From Takakia lepidozioides (taxonomy: Eukaryota > Plantae > Bryophyta), in assembly GCA_030704615.1 (NCBI GenBank), contig JAKLZA010000121.1, forward strand, positions 1 to 28,608: DNA of 28,608 nt, in the 5' to 3' direction. The notes under the pieces were generated by a model. That model was given only the letters and a program-made list of their open reading frames with translations. It searched no databases and was not told the origin of the DNA. This document shows positions 1 to 10,943 of the stretch, piece after piece. The position numbers and the translations under genes are program-made. Position 1 is the stretch's first letter. The number at the start of each line of letters is the position of its first letter.

Positions 1-330
1 AATTACAAATGCTTGTTTCACTTTTACAATTACGAGGACGACAAAATGTCCTCACAAAGTGTGCGCCATAAAGGCTGCCACGGGAAGACCTTCCTCCCTC
101 CTCAAATAACAATGAGAGTTAGGATCATCTTTAAAAGATGATTGTAGTGCATAGCGACAGCAAGACATGTAGACTTCGAACGGTGCAATGACAAATGTGC
201 ACTACCTAAAAGTTGTCACTCAGAGCTCACTCCGTATAGTTGGAGGCCATATCATTGCACAGCCGACGAATTGATGTGAAATACACATTTCAAATCATGG
301 TCATCCACATACCACATTACATAGTTCATG

Positions 331-3300
331 CTACCCATGTGTTGTATCCCGCTGCAAAAGAGTATCGACCTCGTTGAAACTCATAGTGGCCTGGTGAATG
401 AAGTTGTCACGTTTGGGATCGCAAACCATCCTCCTCAAAAATATGAAATACAAATGTTTGCAGGGTATGAATTTACCTCTCTTGCCCAAACTGGTTGATA
501 GCATATTCACAAAATCAGGGCATGTGCAATTGGGGAAATTGGAAACCGTGATGTCGTAGGTCCTGTCATGAACAGCAGATGTGGAAGTGATGATTGTGAA
601 TACCCGACCATATCCTGGATCGGGTACTTCCGTGGTGCTTCCAACACGAGCTTGGAGCATTCTTGCGGACTCCACTTTGCCAAAGTGTTCAGCGGTTGGA
701 GGGAAACGCCGAACGAGCTTTCCATCTCGTTTGGTTGGCCACAAGTCAGGATTTGCCGGGGGGACCCGGGAGGACGCAGAAGTAGTAGCACATGCATGGA
801 GTTGAGGTTGTCTCGCAAGGAAAAAACCTGCCTCCTCCAGCATTTCAATCTCCTGAAAGCTGAGATGTGTTCCCACCTTCACGGGCCAAACGGTTGGAGG
901 AGTTGGCTTCATCACTACGAAAGGACGCACAGTTCCATGCACACATCTGGCACAATCATCTGCGCAGAACCAGAACTTGTGGTTCTTGGCTTCTGGTTGA
1001 CCGTATGGACGCATCAAGCCCGTGAAAGTCGGAGCAGGAGTTCGGGCACCACCTCTGGATATAGAAGTGCACTTCTCGAAATTAGTTGCCATGATCGCTG
1101 TACATTTCACACGAGACCCTACACTTGTGCGTTCTATGTGCCAAACGTGGTCGGGGCATGCAGACTCAAGCACATCAAGGGGGTTGTTTCTCTCCTGCAC
1201 CATTTCAGTGGCACTGTTTGATGCTGGAGCTTGCCGTCGTGTTGGAGGTTCCTCCACAATGGAGGTTCCGGACATGGAGCTGTCATGCAGGGGAACACGA
1301 GGCTTCGAGAAGTTATCACGGTCTGCCCTGTGGGAATCTGAATCCGAACCAGGTGGAGTGTTCAATTTCCTCTTACAGGAGCCGAATCTCTCCTCCCCTT
1401 CAAGATGTGGAACTCTAGAAACAAGTGGCGTTCCCTGGGCATACATGCTCACCGCCCGTGCTATCTTGATTGAATCCCCAGATCTGTTTGCAGCACGCAA
1501 CATCAACTCCCATTTGTCCGGACCCTTGCCACCAACCCCACCTCGTAAGAAATCACGGTATCGGGTTTGTTGTTGCAAGGCACGTATCAAATCATCTGTT
1601 GTTGCCACATACAAATCCCGACCTCGTTTCCCAGACTGCTGCAACCATGCATTGTGCACAGTTTCTGCCAAATTGCAAGATGGCATGTCCGCCATTTCCT
1701 CAATGGACATGTTTCTGCAAAGAGGATAACCACACTTCAGAATAGTGCACAGGAAACAACATAAAGAAAGCAATGAGTCAAAAATATGGAAAGCAAATGT
1801 ATGAATAAAGCATGAAATAGAAGCCTCGTACCATTGTCATGGCTGCTCCCCACTGTCTATACCCGAAGTGCCAAACGCAGCCAATCTTCCAATGCTCTCA
1901 TACTCTCAAGTGATGCAGCTCCAAAGAGAACCACCAGGCACGAATTGTCTGGAACAAGTGTCCGCCTCCTTCATTGTTCTAGCATCTTTGTACTCTTTGC
2001 ACAATTTACGGTGCTGAGTCTGCATCTCTGGTTTGATGTCCGACTTTGTATGTTTTTCCAGAGATTGTGTCCAATGGAATAGACATGTACGCTCTCTCCT
2101 GGCATAGGCACTTTTGGTCGCCCGAATCCGAAGACAATACAATAGCATTGAAATTTGCTTGAGCACTATCCGCCATGAAACCTGCGAAATTTGGAGATGG
2201 CAGCCCATGGCAGCCCATGACACGTATCAGGGAATTCCACATGAGCTTCTGGGATTCCGTATCCTCGGATTGCATGTCACAAACTGCAATGTCATAACTC
2301 GTTGGTACAACTGGATCGTAGACATGACAAGCCATTGTCGTCCAATCCTTCACTCGTTTCACATCACATGATCAAACATAAAAAAACAGTTCTGCAAGTC
2401 CCCAGTCTTCTGCATCCGCTTCACGAGGCTAACCCCACTGCCCTCCCCAACAGTCGACATTTTGAAAGAAAAACTTTGATGGCACCTTGACCTGGGAATA
2501 CATTGTCCTGGATGTAATCGTACTTGCTCACTTTTCAATTCCAAAATATTGTCTATGTAGCCTCTGATCCCAGAGCCCATTCTCAATGCATTGATCTGAT
2601 GCCGAATGTTAGGTGAACTTAAAGTGGAGAAATGATCCATGACCAGGTCCAATGCTGCACCGTCAAGTTTAGTCCCCACAGAATCTCCTTCACTCAAAAT
2701 ATGGCTTTCCAAGAAGGACTTGCTTGCGCCAAGAGCAATTGCAGATGTTGTTGCGGATGGGTTTCTCCCGAACTCCTGTTTGATCAACCTCGATACTGTC
2801 TCAACACTCTCCCTGTAATCCCCCTTCGAGACAGGATGGTTATGGAATCCAAAATGCACACAAGCTCTCGTCATTGTATTCAAACGGTGGACAACATAGT
2901 ACATTCTTCTTGCTCCGCAGAGCGCCAAGCAGGATGGCACAAGTTTGCAGAATTTGCAGACGAAAGTGTTTGCCGGTGGAGGGGCAGTCCCAGGCTGAAA
3001 TGGATTTTCTCCGCCAGACCCTCCCATTCGCTTTGATTATGAACACCAGACTGAAGAAAGTGTCTGCAATTCAAATTATCACACCTAAGGTGTCCATTGC
3101 AAACTGTCCTCCTGAAAACAAGCTTGTCATCATTCTGAATATTGGATGTTTTGTTTCTGCACCACGGGTGCCCGTCGTGTTTCTTGTCCATTCCCATGCA
3201 TCATGATTGTTACACCTCCAACTCGCGGAGGAGGAGGCAGCTCGAATAGGATATCGCCATCAAAAGTCTCCGGCAAGAACTTCACACAGGCCCTGCTTCA

Positions 3301-3845
3301 AAGATTCCCAATCAATTCCCCGCAACTCACTTTTGAATCCAGCCATTCCCCCATCGCCCGCAATTTTGGAATGACACTACAAATCTCTTCTTCATCAGCT
3401 TCTGCAACCACAGTAGGAAGGACTGGATTTGGAATTTCACTTATGTCATCATCGGAAGAATCCGAAAGCTCAACGATTGGAGTGGAGGAAGTCTGTTCTT
3501 TTTTCACCACCACCTCCCTCTTGTCTTCAACGACCGAAGCAGCAGTCCCGGCGTCACATATGACCCAAGGGACTTTCGCCGAGGCTCTCCAAGTACTCTG
3601 TATCGACCAGGACGCACTCTCCACTGGCTGATATGAGCCGTCTCATCACGGTTTTGGAAAGAATATTTCACCAACTTCCCTTTCAGATCGTAAACCTCTT
3701 TCTCCAAAAAGATGGAGCCATTCTGCAGCTGAAAACGGGTAGCCAAGACATGTTCCAGAACAATTGCAAATCCATTGTCAAGGACTTCCTGGGAGAACGG
3801 CACTGGTTTGTCGTCTGAGAAGAACTCCGCTTCAGAGGAAGCCAT
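331..3845 (-). pseudogene. Mutator-like (MULE) DDE transposase with GCM/WRKY-like N-terminal Zn domain and C-terminal SWIM finger; several frameshifts, one intron at about 1715-1831
   Basis: Collinear minus-strand ORF fragments 3845>3624>3197>3027>2362>2223>1773. Motifs: HDGHPW..RRTVCNGHLRCDNLNC..CKFC..C..HFGFHNHP (~2820-3200); catalytic-like FMFDHV (~2370), GFMADSA (~2168), CLFHW (CxxH, ~2075-2087), CNLAETVH (E, ~1664); SWIM CTCPDF..PCKH (~454-530). D-D-CxxH-E plus SWIM is the established MULE signature. Confidence 0.85.
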
Positions 3846-4701
3846 CTTCCTTCCTCGAGTATGTTTGTACCTTGCTATCGCAGATCTAGTGTAAATCGGT
3901 TTACTGCTGTCTCCAGAACACAGTTGAAGAATGAGCAGAGCATATGGCGGAGGAAGCTCAGATAACGACTGTGCATATTCTGTTATTCATTCCAGATATG
4001 CAGCCGTCCATTTTAATTACTTTCTTGTGGGCCCAGTGGTCAGAGAATCCCTAGGGGCAGTGTCGGCAACTGTTAAACCGTTAATCAGAACCTCATCAAT
4101 AAACCCAATAACAAAGCCGACTTCCTGGAAGCATGCCACAGGATCTGAGAATGGGATTGCAGATTAAGTAAATGTATCTATATACTACTACCAATGATCA
4201 TGCGCACCTGGAAAGTTCCAAATGTGAAACGAATGTGGGGTTTGGATAACAAGGATGACCGTGTATGATATTCCAAAATTTGTCATCAAACTCTCGTTCA
4301 TTTATATTATTTGTTTAAGACTGCGCATCAATTTCTGGGATTCGCTGTTCTTTTTTAAATATTGAACCCGTTATAATAAAGAACACGCCGTTTTTTTTTT
4401 GGGCGGCACACGTCAGACATCCATAACTGAATACGAACAGCTGTACACCAATTGCTGGCATGTGCACTAATAAGGAAACGACTATGTGTAACGGTCACGC
4501 GGGAGGGAATCCGATGCTTCTAGAGACACGCAAGAACACAGGCAATCCCGCAAGAAATCGGGAGTCACTGCGTTTTTCTACTTTTCGCGCTTAGAGGGAG
4601 AGTGGTAGTCAAGCTGGAGAGGGTTCCTTCTAGAATACGAAAGAAAAAAGTCTCTTTATTTTTTTACTTCCCTTAGAGAGAGACGCAGAGCAAGAGAGAA
4701 A
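3846..4701. promoter_or_regulatory. Intergenic region between divergently oriented transposase and ParB-MTase genes; likely bidirectional promoter
   Basis: Transposase ATG at 3845 (minus) and first exon of the plus-strand gene near 4702; AT-rich core at 4170-4400. Promoter function is inferred from geometry only. Confidence 0.4.
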
Positions 4702-5080
4702 ATGACGAGGCGTCGTTTGTTGAGAACACAGGGCCAAGGCAGCAGGTGAACGCGGAGACTGATTCACAAGAGCAGACGGAGACTGAGGCAGCGGCTGCGA
4801 CACAGTCGGCGATAAGAGTGCGCCAGCCTGTGGAGGCAGAGATGATCGCAGGGACACTGAAGAAGGTGGAAGCACGCGGAACGCCGAACCTGAAGAAGGT
4901 CAAGAAACCCTTGCGCAGACAGAAACTCCAGCAGATGTGAGAGGGAAGAGGAAAGCTGCAGAAGGGGATCAAATTTCAAAACCTAAGAAGGTGCCAGTAA
5001 GTTTTATCATATAGTCTGTCTGATTGCCTTTCAAGGAGTCCTTCCTCTTCCATTCTTTAGCAGGAACTACTGAATCGCGA

Positions 5081-5396
5081 GCGTCGTTAACGCCATTCGA
5101 TTCTCCTCATGAGATTTATGTACCTATGTGTTTGAAGAGAGAGTCTGCACTTACTATTCTCCCTAAACTACACTGAATGTCGTTGCCGCCAATCAGTTGC
5201 ACATATATGTCATTACACAACACCGATCCGGCAGGTGTTATCTTTTGTGATTGTCGTTAACGCCGTTCGCTATCGCTCTCGCTTTTGTTTTGAATACGGC
5301 AGTCTCGGCTTTGCATGTGTAGATTGTGCTGAATTCTTTCACACCATTCATGGTGAGTTTCCTTGATACAGAGTGATTGTCGTTACCGCCATTCAC
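5081..5396. repeat. Four degenerate copies of the intronic palindrome (intron 1 of the ParB-MTase gene)
   Basis: gcgtcgttaacgccattc 5081; tgaatgtcgttgccgccaatca 5174; gtgattgtcgttaacgccgttcgc 5247; gtgattgtcgttaccgccattcac 5373. Confidence 0.75.
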
Positions 5397-7234
5397 TATT
5401 TGCAAATCACTTAGTCAGAACTGAATGGCATCGTGCAGAAAACTGTGAGGTCGAAGCCTACAGGATCAGAGGGGAAAGGATCTGGAGATGGGGACGAGTC
5501 CGCAAAAAGCTCAGAGAATACAGATGAAGCAGATGAATCCGAAGTGCACTACCTTGACAAGGTGAAAGAACTCATGTCATTCCAGAAGGTAAACTCTCAG
5601 GAGGTTATAAGGGACATGCTCGTATCTGGAGGGCGTCTGGACATACCTCTGTGCCGGATGATATCAATGCCTGTTGTGCGTCCACCTCTTTCCCATGACA
5701 TAACAAAATTGGAGAGTGATTTTGTGCATGGATATAGACTTGGTGCACAAGTTTTTTATGTGTCACTGACGGATATAAATGGGAAAAGCACATTAGTTTC
5801 TCCAGAGATCAGTGATAACTGGGATGAGTGCTGGAAAGATGCCAATGAGGAGTTCGAGCTGGGCCTCATGATGGGAAAGAACACCCAGCAATTCTGCAAC
5901 CACATGTTCTACGTCTGGGACGGCAACCACCGATTGCTGGCATGGATGGGATACATTCAGAAACACCATTCGAAAGACAAAGACAAGCATGTTGCTGTGG
6001 AGGCAATGGTTTTGGATCCAGGAAACGACATCGCTAGGCTTCTTACAGCTATGCACGACGTGAACAAGTAAGTCATCCAGGAGATTTGATTCCCTCTGTA
6101 GTGTCTTGTTAATCCTCAAAAAACAGTGTTAAGGAATGCAATGTTTCCAATGTTTTTGCAGATCGACAGAGAAATCGCATGTGACAACAAGCTTGGTTCA
6201 CACACTATTCCGAATTCAGAGGATTGGTCTGATGAAGCTGGATGATTTTCGGACAGTACTACCACCCAATATCATCAAGAAGTGCGAAACAGGAAGAGCT
6301 GCAGGCACTTGGTATTCTTTGACACGAGAGGCGTTTCTGGAGTACATGTATGCGGTAAGCCCGAGTCTGTAATCTGTTTACTTTTCGAATACATGTTTAG
6401 AGTCCCTTCGGAGCTAATCACTACTTGAATGAATGCAGCAAGAACTGGCAGAGGCAGCTGAGAAGGGAAAATCCGAATATTACCGCACTACACCAGAGGA
6501 ACTAAGGACATCAAAGGGTGTGGAAGCTGCAATAAAGAAGGAGTTTGAGATGCGAAGAACCAAATTGATGTCAGCCTTCGGAAAGCAGCTTAGAATAGTA
6601 GATCCTGGACTTGGTCCTGAGTTCCTTCAGCAGATCAAAACACACTATGACAAGCATGTGCATCCGGAGATGCAGCAGGAGAAATTGCACCGGCTGGCCA
6701 TATCGATGGTCGACCCACAAACAAAAATAAGGTGGCTGGAGATATGGAACTCAGATCAAACAGTAAAGGACTTGAATCAGTTCCCAAAGAGCACCATACA
6801 GCCTGGCACAAAGGTGGAAGGAATCAGTGATTTGGTGTTTGATAACTGGCTCCACAAGGCTACATTTTGGAGTCAGGTGTGTATTCGAACATGCTGTTTC
6901 TTCTCTTCAAGTATGTGATGTGTATCTTTTTTGCAATTCTGACAAATATACTATTTGCAGCTCGAAAAGCGCGCCGTCATTGTGCTGGATCAGACTTTGA
7001 AGGACCTGAACATTGCGATTGTTTCCCCTCCCCAAATGTCATTGGAGGCATATTGTTTTTTCCGGGAGTTCTCCAAAGATGGTAACATTTTACGGTCCAA
7101 CGACTTTGACAGTCAGGTTGGAGGAGAGTGGGCCATGATGCGAGTTGTGTACAGGTGCAATGTCATACTTGAAACTCTACTGTTTTTTTGGGAAAAAATG
7201 TGGCTTCATATGGATTGCAATCTTAGATCCAGAT

Positions 7235-7959
7235 TGAATGTCGTTGACGACATTCACTTCTTTGTCTAAGTCATTCTTAAGCGAGTATATGAATTCACCT
7301 GGTTAGGATCTAAGGGTGCAATTATATTGTCCCTGATTAGAATTGATAATGTCCTTGAATGGCGTTGACGACATTCACATACGGAGTTGTTGAGAGGTCC
7401 TCAAGGTTATTTAAATTTTTGTAATGTCCATAGAGGTTACAGTGAGGGTTCCTCACTTCATTTTGCTGAATGTCAATGCAGACATTCAGTTGTTCTGCAT
7501 TGTTTTTTCCTCTTGCGATGAATGTGGAGGCTTGATAAGCTCTGTTTTAAGAAATCCAAAGTGAATGTCGTTGACGACATTCACAGCTGTGTCTGTATTA
7601 TTCAAAAGCGACAAATTCAATTTACATGGATTGGGGAGCTAAGTAATTGGTTTCTTTTTTGTATTTTTGTGAATGGCGTTGACGCCATTCACATACAGTG
7701 ATGTTGTGAGGTCCTCAGTGATAGGTTCGTTATGAATGTGCATTGAGTTTTCCTGGATGGTTCCTTACTCAATTTTTTTTATTTCCATCCTGTGATTTTG
7801 CTTCATTTAAGTAATAATTTGGCTTCATTCTTGAATGTCGTTGACGACATTCACTTCTATGTCTGTGTCATTTCTAATCGATTATTTGCATTCACCTGGA
7901 TTAGGATGTATTTACAGTGTCATGGAATGGAATGTTCTGAATGGCGTTGACGACATTCA
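7235..7959. repeat. Array of seven 22-26-bp palindromes (GTGAATG[T/G]CGT-TG-ACG[A/C]CATTCAC) in the 946-bp intron 7155-8100
   Basis: Copies start at 7235, 7356, 7466, 7561, 7668, 7832 and 7938 (spacing ~95-165 bp). The spacers are diverged but mutually related. Confidence 0.92.
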
Positions 7960-10429
7960 TATCTGGAGCAGTAGTGTGGTCCTGAAAGGTCCTTGGAGCA
8001 GTTGTCAGAGCCATTTCAATCCCTGTTTTATTCTTTCTGTTCTACTTGCATCTTACTCACTGAGCGCTTTTGTGGGTTGGGATTCATCTCCTTTTTTCAG
8101 GTACACGAAATATGTGCTTATGGAAGGAAATCACCTGAGCGGAATTCCCGACTATCTTGACATGTGGTCGGACCCTGCAAACGATCCAACCATGTATACT
8201 GCAGGGATATTGAAGGACTGGAGTCCTTCTCACTTCAGAGACTGTGGGTGGTACCTTGACTGCCCACCTGAGCACACGACCTTTCAAGAACAGCATATGA
8301 AATACTTGAACAATAACGCTGAGATGCTGGCGCCTTTGACTGACGAAGAGTATCAATGAAACATAGCAACCTTGGCTGCCAAGGAGCCTGATGCTCAGGG
8401 AACGCCGCAGAAGGGAAAGAAGGCGGGCCGCAAACCAAAAGACAAGGCTGTTGATGTCATAGCCATCTCACCAGCAAAGCCAAAGGACAAAGACAAGTCC
8501 AAAGAGAAGGAAAATGACAAGGGGAAGGAGAATGAAAAGGAGATGGAGAGTGGGCAGGACTTTAGTGCTGGAAGATATACCCGCACTCTTCAGTGCGTGT
8601 TCGATGCCAAGCCACACCCTTCCCGTTCTGATTCAGCAGGAGAGATGAAAATTGTTAATGAGGGTTGGCTTTCGATGATGCAGAGTCGAAAGAGAGGATA
8701 CACTGGGGTGCCATCCCCTACCTGGGACAATATAATCTCATTCCTCAATCTGGTGAGAATTCCAGTTTCTTTCCTTTTCTCTGAAAGTTTCGTTGGCAGT
8801 ATTTCAGTCTCGTTCTTTGAAAACATTCTTGCCATCGTTCTTATAAAAAACATGTCTGTTTGCAGGTGAGCACAGGTCCCACCTTCGTGTGCGGTGTGCA
8901 TAAAACTTATGCGGCCGACATTGTCATTCTCGACATCCCGGATGGCCAGGCTGTGCCAGAAGTTCTTCCAAAGGGCAAGACGCCAGGCTGGAACAAATTC
9001 GAGGACAACTACTGGAGTTGGGTGTTCGGGTTCTGTAACAATTTCCTCTCTGATGCAGGGACACTTCTGCTTTTTCAGTCATGTGACAATGATAGTCGTC
9101 GGGCATTGGCATCATACCTCAAGTCTTCAGGGTTTGAAGTTTTGCGCACATGGAATTGTGTGAACAGCCTCTACCTTGTGAAAGGGGGTTTCCCTGGTCA
9201 GCTGGTATGCCGTCTCCCTTCTGCTTGTGCTTTGATCATGAGTTTCAATTTTCTCTGCAGCTCCACTCTAGTAGAATGTTTTATGATCGACACCGATCAT
9301 CAACGATTCATGATTTTTTTGTGTCAGAGTTCTGAATAGCCGATGTACACACTTCCACTTTAGATTGTGTTTACCACACTAACCTGCTATCTTTGGCAGA
9401 CGAGGATGTTCGAGGCGATCTGCCTGCGGAGGATTCGCACATCAAAGACACCATCCTCCATCCGCAGCTTTGAGATTTCTGACCAGGGTTGTTTCGTCAA
9501 CCCCCCCTATGAGCCCCATGTCGATGACATTTTGTACAACTTCATGCAGTCCAGTCAGACTCTGAAGAGACCAGATGGCACTCCCTGGAGAGGTGCAAAG
9601 GAAAAGTCACCAGCATTCATGCAAATACTGCTGGAGTCATGCAGCCACCGCTCTGCACGGGTGGTCGATCTTTCTGTGTCCACAGGTTCATTTTTTCCCT
9701 TCCGAATTGGTTTTCTTTCAACAGTTTCATCTGCTTAAATCCCCCCCTCCAAACTGTTCATGTTCTCCTGTCTGGTGCAGGAGCAACTTACCACGCATGC
9801 AAGGCAGGCGGAAGAAGCCTTTTTGGCATGGAGGGTGATTCTGACCTCTACAACACCGTGCTCCTCCCCCTTTTGTCTGGCTCCACTTCAGGCACACAGA
9901 CTGATCGTATTCAAATTCGAAATGATGACGATCCCGAAGATAAGCAGGTCGACAACGACTTTTCATGTGAGTAAGTGCTAAACCCTCTTTGGGGTCATAC
10001 TCAATTTCTCGATAACATCAAAGTTACAGTAATAACTTTTTCAGGCTGTCTTTCAGGAAAGCCAGCGGTGGATCTTCAGGAGATACAGTCATTTCTGGCG
10101 AGTCTGTTTTCGACAGCCCCCTTTCCAATTTTCTGCTCCCTGTTTATGCCGAAGCAATGGCACTTCACGCGGCCGAGTCCCTATCCCCTGACTTTTTAGT
10201 GGCCAGCCGTAGGTGTATCCAGCGTGGATCCGGTGTTCTAAAATACTTAGACTTAGATGCAGAGGAAGAGGGGATACATTGTACTGACTCTGAGTCAGAC
10301 TGAACTGTATTATTTTAATATTCATTTTCATATTATCTGGAAAACGTTGAATCCCCTTCCTCTACCGTAGTTGTTCCTTTAGAACAAATAATAATCACAG
10401 AATCAACTTTCGTTTAAATTGCTATATGT

Positions 10430-10790
10430 ATGAATCCATCTCACAAACCTTCCTGACTCTTCTCATATCCATTGTGCATTCATCTACACTGTATTCATGC
10501 GTGCTCCATTCATGAAAGCTTCCTTTGTACAACATCCATTGTACATTCATCCTCTGTACTCTTTAATCCACCCCACAAACCTTCCACACTCATTTCATAT
10601 ACTTTGTGCATTCGTCAAAAGATTTGGTCATGCATCTTCCTGTCATGAATTTTTGTCATTGCTCAACATCCATTATACATTCATCCATTTTACTCTTATC
10701 CATCCGTCATTCATCCATCTACATACATTTTTCACACTCATCCATCTGTTTATCATCCAACTGTACATTCATCCATCCTTTATTCAATGC
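10430..10790 (+). repeat. Low-complexity block of (T)TCATCC/ATCCAT motifs
   Basis: Many catcc/ttcatcc/atccat units; reverse complement of the GGATGAA block at 27950-28075. Confidence 0.55.
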
Positions 10791-10943
10791 CTTTTATTAT
10801 GTCGTCCAGCTTGTTTCCGCGGTAAAGGGTGCCAATCCGCGGGAATACACTCCACTTCTTTCTGGGTGCGTGGTGACTCGGCCTTCACGTGTGATGACGT
10901 GGACTGAGCCCCGTGACGTGGCATTTGCGCAAGGTGACGTGGC

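Larger units (their letters stand above)
4702..9974 (+). pseudogene. Nine-exon gene: ParB/Srx-like N-terminal domain + helical middle + beta-class N4/N6 DNA methyltransferase-like C-terminal domain; one in-frame TGA at 8357-8359 and a disrupted exon 1
   Basis: Phase-consistent GT-AG exons: ~4702-4996, 5439-6067, 6162-6354, 6439-6876, 6961-7154, 8101-8752, 8866-9204, 9400-9685, 9781-9974. FYVWDGNHRLLAW (DGNHR 5919-5933) is the ParB/Srx motif. ADIVILDIPDG (8932, DPPY position) followed by GAKEKSPAFMQILLESCSHRSARVVDLSVSTGATYHACKAGGRSLFGMEGD matches the beta-class pattern H-P-T-x-K-P..L...I...S..G..VLDPFxGSGTT..AA...GR..IGxE. Basic NLS-like stretches GKRK..KPKKV and KGKKAGRKPKDK. Start codon uncertain. 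Confidence 0.75.

Noticed and set aside
568-1729. Plus-strand ORFs of 217 and 235 aa
   Set aside because: Antisense shadows of the transposase exon with no recognisable motifs.
7235-7959. CRISPR array (regularly spaced palindromic repeats)
   Set aside because: It lies inside a spliceosomal intron, the spacers are long, variable and homologous to each other, and there are no cas genes.
7835-8100. N-terminal part of ORF 7835..8359 as coding
   Set aside because: It falls in the palindrome-bearing intron; the phase-compatible acceptor is at 8100.
1-10430. TIRs/TSD delimiting the first MULE
   Set aside because: No inverted terminal match was found by eye; the left end may be outside the window or the element may be non-TIR, so no boundaries are claimed.
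10497-10907. His/Ile-rich 136-aa ORF
   Set aside because: Translation artefact of the TCATCC repeat block.
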